Shown in pieces: positions 27,036 through 44,533 of a stretch of 64,000 nt of DNA. Positions within the stretch are counted from its first letter, which is position 1, and each line of letters begins with the position of its first letter. The notes beneath the pieces are model-generated. The model was not told the DNA's origin, ran no database searches, and worked only from the letters and a program-made list of their open reading frames with translations. Source of the DNA: the human T2T-CHM13v2.0 reference genome, Homo sapiens. The DNA is taken from the NCBI RefSeq assembly GCF_009914755.1, contig NC_060926.1; one strand, 5' to 3'. The position numbers were made by a program, and so were the translations under genes.

Positions 27036-27328
<293 letters not shown>

Positions 27329-28226
27329 TGAGAGAAGATCACCAATTTGGTTCCTTTGTCAATTTGAGACCAGTTATTGCATTATTTTTATTTTGACCTC
27401 ATGCAACTATGAAATCATTATTTTCTCGGAAGGACAGTCTTTCTTTCTGTTTGACTAAGAAGTTAAATGAACAGTTTGTATTACAATCCTTTCACCTAGG
27501 AGGGGATGCTCTGCTCTTGAATTAGAAGCTTGGTAACAAACAGCCTCTTACGTCCTCCTTCCAGATGCCAGGCATTGCACAACTACAAATTATTGGCTGA
27601 CCGATGCCAAGGGAGACAATGCCCCCAACTGGCCACACAAAAAAAGCAAAATGAAAATAATAATGAAGAAATTAGAGTGAAATTACTGACTTTCCTTTGT
27701 AGATGAAGAAACAGGCTCAGAGAAGTGAAGTGGCCCGCCCAAAGTTCCAAAACTAGTAAGTCTAATTCTAAAGCATGTAATTTTCCATGTGTGTGTATAT
27801 ATAACAGATTACATTTAAGAAATACAAAGTCCTAGACATTTGTCTGTTCACATTCATTCATTTCACACACAAAAAAGAAAAGAAAATTGAGGTGACGCAC
27901 AAAGTGCTCAAAGGCATATATCATATAGAAAGGTTTAGAACTTGAGTCTCTTTAGCTTCAGCACATTGGTTGGTGTGGAGGTCCGCACTGAGGAAGGCTT
28001 GCACAGCTGTGGAAAGGGCACATGGCGAGGCTGCCATCAAACCCTGGCTTTAGCACTATCAATTATTGAACAGTGTATCATCTAAATTGTATCAACGAGA
28101 AAAAGCAGGCTAAGATAATAATCACGTTGTATGCATTTCATGATGAGTAAGCCAAGATGATGTGTGTATTTCCAGCATATCAGAGGCTCAATAAATGTCA
28201 TGTCCCTCCTTCCTTGAGCGGGGCCA

Positions 28227-31012
<2,786 letters not shown>

Positions 31013-31087
31013 ACCCAATCATTTTTTTAAATATTGTAAACTTTTGAAGAGATTATATAAAATCTTTGATATTTTTTCATAGTTCTC

Positions 31088-31459
31088 TGTCTTAGTCTGC
31101 TTAGGCTGCCATAGCAAAATACTACAGGCTGGGTGCCTTAAACAACATAAATTTATTTCTCAAAGTGTGGAGGAAAGTCCAAGGTGCCGGGCAATTTGGT
31201 TCCTGGTGAAGACCTCTTCCTTTCCTGGCTTACAGAGGGCTGCCTTCTCAATGTGTACTCACATGAGAGGGGTGGGGGAGAAGCAGAGAGGGAGAGAGAA
31301 AGAGGAAGAGAAAGATACCTTCCTGTAACTCCAGAGCCCCGTCCTCAGGACCTAGTTAACCTTAATTACCTCCTAAAGACCCTATCTCCAGACATAGTGA
31401 CTTTGGGGCCTAGGCTTTTAACATAAGAATTTTGAGGGGACATAATTCAGTCCATAGCA
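31088..31459 (-). mobile_element. MLT1A/A0-like MaLR LTR
   Basis: TGTCTTAGTCTGCTTAGGCTGCCATAGCAAAATAC...GGGGACATAATTCAGTCCATAGCA. Confidence 0.85.
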
Positions 31460-31510
31460 GCCTCTAATCATTTTATTATGAGGAAGGAACATTTTAAAAT
31501 ACAGGTTATA

Positions 31511-32630
31511 AAAACTATGAAAATCCTGGAAAACAACTTCCTGTTGACAATATCATCCTGGACATAGGAATGGGCAAAGATTTCATGACAAAGACACCAA
31601 AAGCAATCACAACAAAGGCAAAAATTGGCAGTGGGGTCTAATTAAACTTAACAGCTTCTGCACAATGAAAGAAACCATTAACAGAGCAAATAGACAACCT
31701 ACAGAATGGGAGAAAATATTTGCAAACTATGCACCTGACAAAGGTCTAATATCCAGCATCCATAACAAACTTAAACAAATTTACAAGAGAAAAACAACCC
31801 CATCAGAGTGGGCAAAGGACATGAACAGACACTTCTCAAAAGAAGACATACATGTGGCCAACAAGCATATGATAAAAACCTCGATATCACTGATCATTAG
31901 AGAAATGCAAATCAAAACCACAGTGAGATACCATCTCACACCAGTCAGAATGACTATTTTTAAAAAATCAAAAAATAACAGATTCTGGTGAGGTTGCAGA
32001 GTAAAGGGAACACTTACACACTGTTGGTGGGAGTGTAAATTAGTTTAACCATGTAGAAAGCAGTATGGCAGTTCCTCAAAGATTAGAAATATGATTCAAC
32101 CCTGCAATCCCATTACTGGGTATATACCCAGAGAAATATAAATTATTCTATCATAAAGACACATGGGCATGAGTGTTCATTGCAGCACCATTCACAGTAA
32201 CAAAGACATGGAGTCAACCCAAATGCCCATCAATGACAGATTGAATAAAGAAAATGTGGTACATGTACACCATGGAATACTATGCAGGCATAAAAAACAA
32301 GTTCATGTCTTTTGTGGGAACATGCATGGAGCTGGGGGCCATTATCCTTAGGAAACTAATACAGGGACAGAAAACCAAATACCACATGTTCTCACCCATA
32401 AGTGGGAGCTAAATGATAAGAACTTATGAACACACAGAAGGAAACAACAGACACTGGGGTATATTTGAAGGAGGAGGGTGGGAGGAGGGAGAGGAGCAGA
32501 AGAGATAACTATTGGGTACTGGGCTTAGTACCTGGGTGATGAAATAATCTGTACAACAAATCCCTGTGGCACGTGTTTACATATGTAACAAACCTTCACA
32601 TATGCCCCCAAACCTAAAATAAAAACTAAA
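31511..32630 (+). mobile_element. L1PA13-16-like 5'-truncated LINE-1 (ORF2 C-terminus and 3'UTR)
   Basis: ORF 31665-31991 translates to L1 ORF2 ([14 protein letters not shown]...[20 protein letters not shown]); 15-bp TSD AAAATACAG(G/C)TTATA at 31496-31510 and 32631-32645. Confidence 0.95.
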
Positions 32631-33989
32631 AAAATACAGCTTATAGTATTTAATCCCAAAGAAATACAACACTTGGATAAGACCTAAACTGTAGTACCGA
32701 AATCATTTCTGAGTCCAAACTACTGAGATCAATTTCAACCTTGGATTTTTAAAAATAAAAAATTAAGACCTACAAGACAAAGAGTCCAGCATAGGTAAGT
32801 ACAGATGGAAGTCAGTCACACACACGTACACACACATGCACACAGGAATTCACTAGTGTGTGCACACACTCACTCTCCTCTCTTCTGATAGATAACATGA
32901 TCCTCTAAATCATTGCATGCAACTTCAAACCCATTTCTGGGGCTGCACATATTTTCAGTGAGACCTTTCTGGGCCTTATTGTCAAAGGCACATGGCAATT
33001 AAAATGGCATTGACAATCTTCTGATCTGTCCTTGCAAAATAGAAAATACAGATTAAGGGAAGATTATGCTAAGGGGGAGAAGATATTAGAGTGGGAAGGG
33101 CTGTTTGAAGACAGTTTGTTCAGCATGGTTAAAAGGCCTTTAAGCCTAACCCTGAAATAGCTTTGTGTCCTTCCTAGTCATGCACTCTAGCTGTGTCCTG
33201 TACAACATATAGCACAAGTCAAAACCACTGTCATAGGGAAGGGGAATTTGATTTTTTCATGTTTAAAAGGACAGGTAAGAAAGATATTTTTTTCATGTCA
33301 GACAGTTGTCACTTCCCTATCTAAAAATGCTTGCATTTCTCAAGCAGGTCTTTTACAAGATACAAGCTTGTTAAATGAAAGCTTTAAAAATAATTCCATT
33401 ACCCACCTTACAAAGACAGAGTGACAGCTGATCATTAGAAAAAGAAAGTCTTCATGGATGATGCACAAGTTGCAAAAGATGTGGTTTCACCCATTATAAA
33501 AAGGGACGAACAGTGACATCCCACCAGGGGAAGTGCCTCCAGAATTTTAATAACTTCTGTTGATAGATGACATTCACTGCAAACGCACACCAAACTGTTA
33601 AAGAAAGTCTATGGTCGAAAGAGTTTAAGTGTCTTAAACTGTCACCTCTCTGGCTGCCTGTAAAGAGACTGCTGGAAGGTTCAGAACTGTGGACAGCCCA
33701 TGCTGTCATTCCTGTTGCAAATGCACACCAAAGGCTGTGTGTCCATCTGAGTGTCCCCTGTCTATCCTAGGGGCATGTCAAAAATGCAGAAGCAAGGTCC
33801 CCAGATCATATAGGGCTGGGAGGTGCTTAGAGTCATCACCTCCAGTTCCTTTATCATATAGACAGGAAATTAGATGTCCAGTCAGTCATACAGGAAGTCA
33901 GTGACAGAGAAAATACTATAATCTGAGGCTTTGGTTTCCTGGTCCAGAGATGCTTTTCTCTATCCTTGACTCTCTTGTTACAACTTACG

Positions 33990-34470
33990 GTTCTTCATGA
34001 CCTGGCCCCCACCTCCGTCTGACCCTCTCCTGGCATTCTCTCCTTGATCATTCTATCCCAGCTACATGGGCATCCTTGCTATTCTTGAGACACACCAAGC
34101 AAACTCCCACCTCAAGGCCTTTGCACTTCCCACCTGGCTGCCAGGCACACTCTTCCCTCAAGACCACAAGGACCAATTCTTCACCACATCCAAGTCTCTG
34201 TTTAGATGTCATCTCCTCAGGGAGGACTTCCCTGATCGTTTTATCTAAAATAGAACTTCCTATCATTTTCTGTCTTGTTTCCCTTACTCATTTGTCTTCT
34301 CAGCATTTACCAATGTGCGGACAATGTAGTGGAAATCAAAATATTTATGTATGTTATGTATGTATGCAAGTACCTCTGTTTCCAAGAAACGTCAGTTCCA
34401 TGACGACAGGAGCCTTGTGAGTTCATCCACTATTCTATCCCCAGCATCTAATGGGTTCCAATAAATATTT
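33990..34470 (+). mobile_element. L2a fragment
   Basis: CTCCCACCTCAAGGCCTTTGCACTT, GATGTCATCTCCTCAGGGAGG, TATCCCCAGCATCTA...AATAAATATT. Confidence 0.7.
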
Positions 34471-37400
34471 CTAAAGCCATAATTAAACAACACCTTTGAA
34501 AGTGTTCACTGCTCTTTATAAGTTTAGATGGCAAAATGTACCACTCCACACCCAGGAGCTCAGAACCTCATCCCACTAAAGACAATATGGCTTCCTTGTC
34601 TTTCATTTCCTTTTCCAATACTCAGTTGAACTCAGATATACACTGAGCCTCTACTATCCTGCATTAGTAACTGTTCCAGACTCTGCCTGGCTTACAGATG
34701 GCTGCTGTCTCACTGTGTCCTCAAACGAGGGAGAGTGAGGTGGGGAAAGGGGAAGTTAGAATTTAAAGAGACCCATTCTTTGTCTTTTAGCTTAAAGTTC
34801 TTATATAAGAAAAGATAACCACAAGTCATTGTGTACGTTCAGAGGTGGAACACGAAAAGTGTATTATGGGATGCAAAAACACTGAGGGGAGAAGCCATGG
34901 TCTGGAAACTGACCCCTAGTGAATGAGAAAGGAGAGTCAGCCTAGAGAGATCATCCTAGGAGGGGGATAATGGCATTTGACAATGCCAGAAGCATCTGGA
35001 GAAACCAGGCTCAGAGGCGGAAGCAACTCAAAGATGACAGGGAAGGGTGACTGAATCATCAATGCAGACAGTTACCAGTGCCTAGAACACCAGGGGATGC
35101 CTTGCTGCTATAGGAGCTGTGGCCAAGCACGTTTCCTTCACACTGTATTGTCAGCAACTTGCAGATAAGGACCTCATCCTTCCATATCCAGCCCACCAGT
35201 GTTTGTTAAACTAAGTGATGAATACATTCAATCAAGTTTGTTAAATTGAGTAGTGAATATAGCCACTGATTTAAAAGGCATGTTTTCATAGGGGAATAAG
35301 CACAGAGGATTCAGCATCAGGAGATCTAGAATGCTGGTGCCTGGGCTTTGCCACCAGCTGTGTTAGTTCAGGCAAGGCCCATGCTTGATCTGCATCTTCA
35401 ATTAACCACCAACTCATCAATAAAAAGGACAAAAGAAATCAGTTATAAAAGACCTTCCAACTCTGACATCCTAGAATCCCATAAAATATTATCTAGGCTT
35501 TTTTTTTTTGGCACTGGCTAATGTTAATTATTTTAGAAATACCATTGTATTTGCAGGTCTTAAGAAAATTACTCTTTACCACAGTGATGGCCAAGGTCCT
35601 TCCAAATAGCTAACATGCAAAAGCACAGTTAGAGGCCATTAATCCACAGGTCCGTTTCCCAGAAACCTGACTCATTCAGGACCTTTTGATCCTGAGCTCA
35701 TCAAAAGAGTCCCCTGAGTGCCCACATTAGCTGTTGAAAGTTCTAGCATTAATGGCTATGTGCACTGTTGCTCGTGCCCTTTTGCAAAGCCTTATGAAAT
35801 CTAGATTCTTGTTCTCCAACAATTACTCAAGAATGCTGTTTCTTCCGCTGGAAATTTTATTCCTGTTTGTTCTTCCAGGTGAACTCCTGCATATTCTCAG
35901 AGTTTATCTCAAATTTCCTTGCTCCCTGAGCTGCAACTACATCTTCCTACTGCCTACAGTTTGTGGCTCTGTCTTCTAGGTTGTACCTTCCATATGGCCT
36001 TTGCCATTCTGTATTGTGGCTATGCCTGTTGAGAGTTTAAGCTTGTTGATGCCTGTGTCATGCTTTATTTATACTATTCCCTGGCATCAAATTGGTGTGC
36101 AGGGAGTGTTTTCTGGAGACTTCTAGTGATTTGGTTTCCTGGACCTTAGTAAAAGAAACACAGTAATTAGGAAAAGAATGGTTGAAGAAGACATTCAGGA
36201 GAGACAGTTATGTGAGTCCTAAGAAAATCACAGTTGGCATTGCAAGATACCGAGGGAGGAGACAAAGGACCTAAAACCAGATACAGATCTGCATTACTGC
36301 TCAGGATGCTAATGGGTGTTTAGAATGACATCTCTGAGTGGTTTTGAAATTACGTAGTTATGTATGGCAGATGGGAATTCAGAATTTCTGGAAATGTCAA
36401 ATACATTTCAGAAAGATGTCTATTAAAAAGAGCTTACTATACTTGTTTGGTGTTTGACAAGCTCAACTTCAGTTATCTGGAAAAGCCCAAGGTGCCAGAT
36501 GAATGAGACATTACCTCAAATTATAAACTGACAAGATTTGATTAAATGCTATCATACGCCCAGCATTGTGCAACATGTACTGTGACAAATGAAAGGCTGG
36601 ACTTTCAAGGAAGTGAAGAGGCAAAGCTGGCACAGCAAAAATGGTCAGAGTACAAGTTAGCACCCAATGGACTGGCACAGATCAGTGAGTGACTGTCCAT
36701 TAGCAGAGGGAGGAGAGATCAAGCTAGGCTAAAAGAGACAGGGGAGGGAGGCTTTCTACAAGAGGTGGTACTTGGGTGAACTCTTGCAGACTGGGAAGAT
36801 CGAGATTAGTAAAGGTAAGGGAAGAGAAGATTCTCCACCTGCTGGGGGCCACTCAAGCAAAAGCTTTGAGGTGAGACTGGCAAGAGTAAGTGAGATCAGC
36901 AGTTCAGCAGAGTAGCAAGTAGGATAACATATTGCATAATATGTTGGATTTGGGGACTATTGACAGTTAGGCAGAAGTACTTGGATCTAGATGTGGAAGT
37001 CAAGAGAGAGAAACAAATGAGCTGACAGGTAAGTAGGGCAATTATCTAGTCTAGTTTCCACTAGATGATCAAGTCACAAGTAGCCTGGTTGCATGGAATC
37101 CATCAACATCTCTTTGTCCCATCAACCAACCACAACCTGAGACTCAGGCAGCAGTGTGTACAGACTGCATTGCACAGATTAACAGGCTCTGGTCTTCCTC
37201 GGTAGGATCTTGCTTTGAATATTTCATCTCAGAAAGGTTCAACTAATTTATTTCACAGACTGAGAAACTATGTGTTAGAGAAGCAAAGTGATATAGCACT
37301 AGTGATGGAGCTGAGATAGAACCCAGATCTCAATACCCTGACTCCAAGTCCAGGATTATCATTATCTTGTACATGCCCTTTCTCCTCTGTATTTGCACAT

Positions 37401-37579
37401 AATCTGTTCCATTAAATATTTTATTTATAGCTTGCTTTATACCAGCAGGCTTTAAAGGCAATAATCACATAAGTACAAGAAGAGTAAAGAGTTTCAGGAA
37501 GGAAAGATGGAGCATCCAAGGACCATCAAGATTGGAAAGTTGATACTATCTGTAGGCCTGAAAGCCTAAGAAGAGGAGT

Positions 37580-37850
37580 GGTTACCCCTGCAATCTGAGC
37601 ACTGTGGTGATAGGAGAGGGCCCAGGCCAAGAGTAGAGGAACTCAGGCATTGTTAAACCTGCAGCCCAGAGGTGGTGGGGGTGGGGGTGGTGGGCGTGAA
37701 GCTGCTCATTAATATCCTGACAAACCCAACTGGAACCTGATGGCAAGGGGGTCAAATAGTGGAGTCCATCCAGATCACTACCCAGGGCACAGAGCAGGGA
37801 CGAGAAGGGTAAAGAGCTGATCTGGAGGAGCAAATGGAGGTGATTCTTGG
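37580..37850 (-). mobile_element. LTR33/LTR16-like ERVL LTR fragment
   Basis: CAGGGCACAGAGCAGGG...AAGGGT...GATCTGGAGGAGCAAATGGAG resembles the reverse LTR33 5' end. Confidence 0.5.
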
Positions 37851-38101
37851 AAAGGTTCTGTGATGCTCTTGTCCACCACCTCGCCACCCTCACTCCTTGT
37901 TCCTGAGACCATCACAGTCTTTTCCTTACCTTTGTCTTCTGCCACTGCATAAGGGTAGACACAGGAGATGAAAGGCGGCCTTCAGAAAACTCATGAAGAC
38001 TTGCTGACAAAGGGGAAAACCAGTGGGATACAAATTCAGAATGCATTAATTTCTTCTAGGTCCAAGGACACAGAAGCGGAGAAAGAATATACTAGACTTT
38101 C

Positions 38102-38768
38102 TTTTATTTAAGCTTTTACTTTAAGTTCAGGGATATATGTGCAGGTTTGTTATATAGGTAAATTTGTGTCATGGAGGTTTGTTGTACAGATTATTTCATT
38201 ACCCAGGTATTAAGCCTAGTACCCATTAGTCATTTTCCCTGATCTCTCCCTCCTCCCACCGTCCACCCTCCAATAGGCCCCATTGTGTGTTGTTCCCTTC
38301 TATGTGTCCATGCGTTCTCATCATTTTTAACTGTCACTTATAAGCAAGAATAGGTGGTATTTGGTTTTCTGTTCTTGCATTAGTTTTCTAAGGATAATGG
38401 CCTCCAGTTCTGTCTATGTCCCTGCAAAGGACATGATCTTGTTCTTTTTCATGCATGCATAGTATTCCATGGTATATATTACCACATTTTCTTTATCCAG
38501 TTTGTTATTGATGAGCATTTAGGTTGATTCCATGTCTTAGCTATTGTGGTAGTGCTACAATGAACATATGTGTGCATGTGTCTTTATAATAGAATGATTT
38601 ATATTCCTTTGGGTATATACCCAATCATGAGGTTGCTGGGTCAAATGATATTTCTGTCTTTAGGTCTTTGAGGAATCACCACATTGTCTTCCACAATGGT
38701 TGAACTAATTTACACTCCCAACAACAGTGTATAAGCATTCTTTTTTTCTCCACAACCTCGCCAGCATC
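38102..38768 (-). mobile_element. L1PA13-16-like LINE-1 3' fragment
   Basis: Reverse L1PA 3'UTR (TTAAGTTCAGGGATATATGTGCAGGTTTG...); long TSD AAGAATA(T/C)ACTAGACTTTC at 38083-38101 and 38769-38787. Confidence 0.95.
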
Positions 38769-39924
38769 AAGAATACACTAGACTTTCTGGATTAGGCCAT
38801 GATGTGTTAAAATGCCAGAAAAGGCGTGAATAAGGAAGCTATCTTCCTAGGTGAATAAACAAATAAATAATGCAAAAACAGTGACTCATGAGGACCCAAT
38901 CCCCCTAAGCAGAACTCCAGGGGCCACTGCACTGGGACAGAAGGTTGATGTCCTCTCATGTCTTCCCCACCTTCACAGTCCTCAGGACACCAAACTTCCC
39001 ACTGCCTGTATTTCCAAAGTTGACCATGCCCACATTCAGCCCATACTCCGTGGATCAGTGTTTCCCTCCCCACTGGGTTGAAGGATCCTGGAGGAGTCCA
39101 GGATCTGCTCAGAAGACTAGGAGCTAAGTGAATGCTGATTAAATGACTCCCTTGACTGATGATGTAATCTAGTTTGTAAAATTTCTGGTAGCTGCCTTCA
39201 ATAACATTGCAAAACAGAAATGGGTCATTAAATGAGAGTTTTCCCATCACTTCACCTAGTTTGAATACAACACAAATTCCTTGAGCTCACAGTTTTTTAC
39301 TCCTTTCTAAAAACCTCCTGGTGGCCCAGAAACCTCCCTCTGACCTGCAGAGTGCAAGGTGGGGTTCTCCTCTCATACATTCTAGAAAGCCTCTCATTGG
39401 GTCTTTGGGAGACAGTCACTCAAGTGACCTGAGTTTGAAGCTGGCAAAAGCATCCCACAAACAGCATGTACCCATGTTTTTTTATACCAAAGACCATGGT
39501 CTGTTGATTGTTGTAGAGCCTTGAGTTCAAGTGTTGACCTCTTCTTTATGGCTAAGTCCTGTCTACCCACTGCTTCTCAGTAACAGTGTTAGTGACAGTC
39601 CCTCCTGCTTGTGTCAGCCGGCCCTAGGGAACTGGGTCTTTCATGCCCACACTGAGCCCTGTGCTTGGAGTACAACAGGGAGATGAGAAGCCCTTATTGA
39701 AGCAAACTAAAGGCCAAACAGTGGCACCATTGTCCATGCAAAGTGCTATACACCTGTCAGCATTTTCCATAGAAAACACACTCTCAGTGAATATATCTTC
39801 AATTATCAGCTTTCACACAAGTTGTGTCTCCAAATGCTGTGTTCTTTTAAGGCAATAATTTTGAGCTCTCTAATTTCAACCTTGGAATTCTACTTTTTTT
39901 CTTCTTCCTTTCTCTCCTACTATA

Positions 39925-40641
39925 TTGGCAAATCTTGTCACTTGTATTTTTGAATCATGTATCCAAACCAATCATTCCTTACACCATCCTCCCCCACCAT
40001 CCTGTACCCAACTCCATTTCTCACCTGAGATTTTACAACAGTCCCCAAATTGCTCACTTTGCTTTCACCCCTGTCCTGGCTCCATGTGGAGTCAGGTGGT
40101 CCTTTTGGAATCCCAGGCACACCCTGTTTCTCCTCCTTCTACTGGTTTCCCATCTAACTCAGAGCAAAATGTGTCCCTGTCAAGACCTACAGGATTCACT
40201 ATGATCTGGCTTTGGTCTCCTTCCATTCTCCTCCCTGCTTAGACTCCAGGGCCTTTGTCCTTGCTTCTTCTTCACCTGGAATTCTTTTCTCCAAAATACC
40301 TACATAATTTGTTTCTGTTTTTCATTCTAATTGTGCTAAAATGTCACCTCATCAGACAGGGTTCCTCTAAGCATCCCATGCAAAATAAAACCTCCACAGA
40401 ACTCTGAATGCCTCTCTTACTCATTCATTTTTTCTTCCTGACACTTATTACCAGCTAATACTTGATATATTTATTTACTTGTATGTCTGTTTGCTGTCCT
40501 TCCTTTATCCACCCTCACCAGCCTCTAAAATATTGGCTTTTAAGTGCTGAGTTTCTCATTTTATTGCCATATCCCCAGTGCTGAAAACAGTGACTGGCAC
40601 ATGAAGTAACTCAACAAATATTTTTCAAATGAATGAATGAA
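39925..40641 (+). mobile_element. L2a 3' fragment
   Basis: L2a body and terminus CAGTGACTGGCACATGAAGTAACTCAACAAATATTTTTCAAATGAATGAATGAA. Confidence 0.75.
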
Positions 40642-42786
40642 TTGTGAAGCTATAGGAAGTTTCAGGAGGCCTATGAAATTATATCCTAAGTTGTGCCACA
40701 TTTTTCCAAATGATTTCTAAAATGATCAGTAGTTTTTTCAAAGGGCCTTTGACTGAGAATTTTAACGAACTGAAGAGGGCCTGAGTAAACATCACGAGTT
40801 CTGTGATCACATCCTGGCTACGGAGCATCACCTACCTGAGGTTCAGTTTCTCTCATCCATAAAGTGGGCATGCAGTGCCTATTTCACCTCTATTACATTT
40901 GCAAGGGCCGAAGTTGTTGGGGCCTCCCCTATGCATATGATTGTGTCATGTAATGACCAAGATGCCCATCCTTCCAGTCTCAAGAAACTTACAGTTCAAT
41001 TAAACAATGTAAGGGAGGGTGGTGATAAATTATACCAACTGTAAGATGCTAATGAGAGCCACTGTAGATATTCTTGCTCAAGGCCACACAACTACAAAGA
41101 GAGTTTCCATAAAGGAATCTTCTTGCCCATTTCTATCTCACCCCTCCATATTCTAGTGCACATTTTCAGAGTACCAAATAGTGATTAAGACTGCATTTGC
41201 CACTGCTGCCTGGCATTTAGCCGAACCTCTGTGAAGAGTGTTTACATGCCGAGAACACACATGACATCTTTCCTTCAACCTTATGGGGCTGTAATCATAA
41301 TTAAATGAGATAAAGCCTGTACAGCGCTTATTATAGTACCAGAAATGCAATTATTATTGTTAGCACATACCTGCTAAACTTTTGCTAATGCTGAAGATAA
41401 TGTTTAAGTGATAATAGAAAGAACTTGGAAGGATAGAAGAAAAATGAAAGAGGAGGAGAATTAAAAATACATATTTTGATTATTTCATCTATAAAGCTAT
41501 ATCTTCTTTGTGTATTGTATCAATCAAGTGTTTACTAAACATCTTTGGAAATGATGGAGATGATGTGTAAGACACAGACCCTGACCTTGAGCTCTGCTTT
41601 AGGAAGAGTAATTCAGATGTTCATGTAAGATAGATGAGAAACATGGCTTGGGCTAAAGGCAGAAACTTGGCATGCAATGTCTGTAGTAGTTGAGGTGAGA
41701 AATTGGGACTAAAGGAGGACAATCACTGGAAGAATGGTGAAGGAAAAAACACAGGGTTGTTTTGAAGAAAAACATTATAGGGGTTTGGTGGCAAATTTTC
41801 ATTACTTAATAACTTCATTTATTCAGTTTCTTTTCCCGAGTGTTTTCCTCTAGGCTCTTCCACATCCACTGGAAATATAAGGATATGGGCACCATGAAAA
41901 GAAACATTGGTTTTGTGTCTCCCAGGAGCCAGTCAGAGTATTAGGAATTCTATATGTATCATTGTGTTTAATATTCAGAATACCCCTGTAATAAGTATTG
42001 TCATTCTCATCTCTAGTTATGGAGACTGGAGCTCAGAGGCGAAGGGTAAACAGCTTGCTCAAGCCACACAGCTAGGCTGAGCTGTGGCTAAAACTCCACG
42101 TTTGTGGATTCTAAGCCTTTTCTCTTTCTACTACATCAGGGATGACTGGGGCATGGTTTATATCACTGAGGGCATCGGAGTCTAGTGAGCTGCAAGTGGG
42201 GACAGACTTGATGGAAGGCTGTAACACTCAGAGCACACTCAGAGCTTCTGGAAATGGAAGGAAGAGGAGAAGGAGGAGGAAAATCTCAAGGTGTTTAAAC
42301 AGTTGATTCTGAAGAATTTTCTTGCTACCAACACTGTGAAAAGGCATGGAGGCCATTTGGGAAGTGTTCTGAGGATCTGGGTTTTCTCATCTGCCAGGAG
42401 TATTAGACTAAGTGTTCCCCAAAGTCCTTTCCATCTCGAATCCAGAGGAAACACATGGGGAAAATGAATTCCAGTGGGCTGATTAACAATGAGAAGTAAA
42501 TAGGGAGAGATTCAGCTCATTTTTTTGGTCTTTTTTCTTTTCCTCATTAGATGTTTCTTCCATTGCTTTCCTGTTCATTTCTAAAGTACAAGACACAGAA
42601 TCAAAAGGTTGAGGTCCTAGAAGGATATCTGTGGGGAATCTCAGGGGGAAACCAGATGGGAAGTTGGGACAAGGCCTTCTTCTTTGGGTCCCATGACATC
42701 ATTCACATTTCCTTAGAGCTTGAGGAATAGGATGCCCCATTATTGAGACAGAGAGAGGCATGGTTGTAGAAGACAGAATGCTCATG

Positions 42787-43155
42787 TGTATAAGTCTATT
42801 TGTGCTGCTATAACAAAATACCAGATACTGGGTAATTTACAAACAATAGACATTTGTTTCTCACAGCTCTGGATGCTGGGAAGTCCAAGGTCAAAGCTCC
42901 GGCAGGTGTCTGGAGAAGGTTCGTTTCTCATAGATGGTGCCGTCTAGGTGTCCTCACATGGTGGAAGGGATAGGAGAGCAAAAAGGGCCTAAGAAAGCTT
43001 CCTCCAGCCCTTTTCTAAGGCATTAATTTTATTCAAGAGGGTAGAGCTCTCATGGTTTAATTACCTCCCAAAGGACATACCTGTTAATGGTACTGCATTG
43101 AGGATTAGGCTTCAAGATAAATTTTGGAGGGGACACAAACATTCAGACCATGGCA
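42787..43155 (-). mobile_element. MSTD/MLT1A-like MaLR LTR
   Basis: TGTATAAGTCTATTTGTGCTGCTATAACAAAATACC...GGGACACAAACATTCAGACCATGGCA; TSD TCATG/CCATG. Confidence 0.85.
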
Positions 43156-43616
43156 CCATGGACAAAGGCTGGCAGCCTGGCCCTCTGCTCTCACACTAGG
43201 AATGAGAATGAATGAGCCATGATATGGCACTGGGGATGGAGTTGGGTGTGAAGAAGCACGCTTTCTCACAGCTGACACTCTGTGCCTTTCAGCCAGCACT
43301 CAGTGTTGGTGAATGGGGAAGCTGAGCGCCGTGCCATAGCCAGAGGCTGAGCTGTTATACACGTCTGGGCAAAAGCAAAATTGGGACATAGAATGGACTT
43401 CTGTTGAGGCAGGATTTTCAAAGAGTTCAGTGCCTACACTGGTGGTTTCTGTTGGCACAGATGAGGTCTGCTCAGTTGAAACTGAACATCTCCATCAACT
43501 CCCTTTCCTCCTACCTGCTTTCTTGGTCTCTCTCTTTCCTTATACTTTATTGAACAATATCAAGAAATAGTACTTTTTTGACGCAATTTCCAGTGAAAAT
43601 AACATTAGACTCTTGG

Positions 43617-44533
43617 CAGTGGTGTGCTAACAGCCAGTTCCCAAGTTGATTTTTAAACTTTTAGAAATTTTCTGAGCTGGTTGTTAAACACGGCCATTAC
43701 GAAAAATTGAATTATATAACTTATAATGCAATAATAGTGAGATGAACAGTAATAAATATTCAAAATCACCACTTTCTAATTCAAAAGCACCACAGTTTGC
43801 TATTATCTAAACTGCAGATGAAATTGAAAAGATAAATGCACACCATGATATAGTATTTTCACCATCCAGATACAGTGATATAAGTAATCTCATGTTCAGT
43901 GAAATTACCTTGGTAGCTTTAAATGGTCATTGTTGGAAGTATTTACACCATGAAAATAAGCAAAGCTTACAAATCAGGGCTCAATTTATTGATTTGTTAG
44001 TTACTTATATGTAAAAGAGTGATGGATAAAATGTTAATAAAGGCAAATTAAACTTAAAAGTGTGTTATGTTTTTATTGGTTACATTGTGAATAACATAAA
44101 ACATTTTTGAGAAAATATTGTTTCACTATTCCAAAATAATTCTCTGGGTCAGCAAAAGATTTGCTCATGTCATTGAGGAACACATGAGATTCAAACATAC
44201 ATCTTCATTATTTCACTTTCGTCTTAACTAAAATGAGAATACCAACTAATATTCATGTCTAAACTACATGCATTATCAATAGCCATCACAGATTGGCAAC
44301 AAATATAAGAGTTTGGCAAAAATCAATGAAAGCAATTGACTTCTATTAGAATAAATTGGTTATATGGAATTTAGAATGAAGAAAATTAGTTTATTATTTT
44401 TAAATTATTGTATACATACTTTACTTTAGTAAATTCATATTCAATTTATCTATCTATCTATATGCAAGTTATAAAAATATATGCATATACATTTTTCCTG
44501 GAGAGCTGGTGGCATATATTTAGCATACCACCG
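43617..44533 (+). mobile_element. MER63 (hAT-Blackjack) non-autonomous DNA transposon, about 0.92 kb
   Basis: Terminal inverted repeats CAGTGGTGTGCTAA / TTAGCATACCACCG; internal GAGCTGGTTGTTAAACACGGCCATTA; 8-bp hAT TSD ACTCTTGG/GCTCTTGG. Confidence 0.85.

Noticed and set aside
31665-31991. 108-aa ORF with real protein similarity
   Set aside because: L1 ORF2 remnant in a 5'-truncated, frame-disrupted L1, not a gene.
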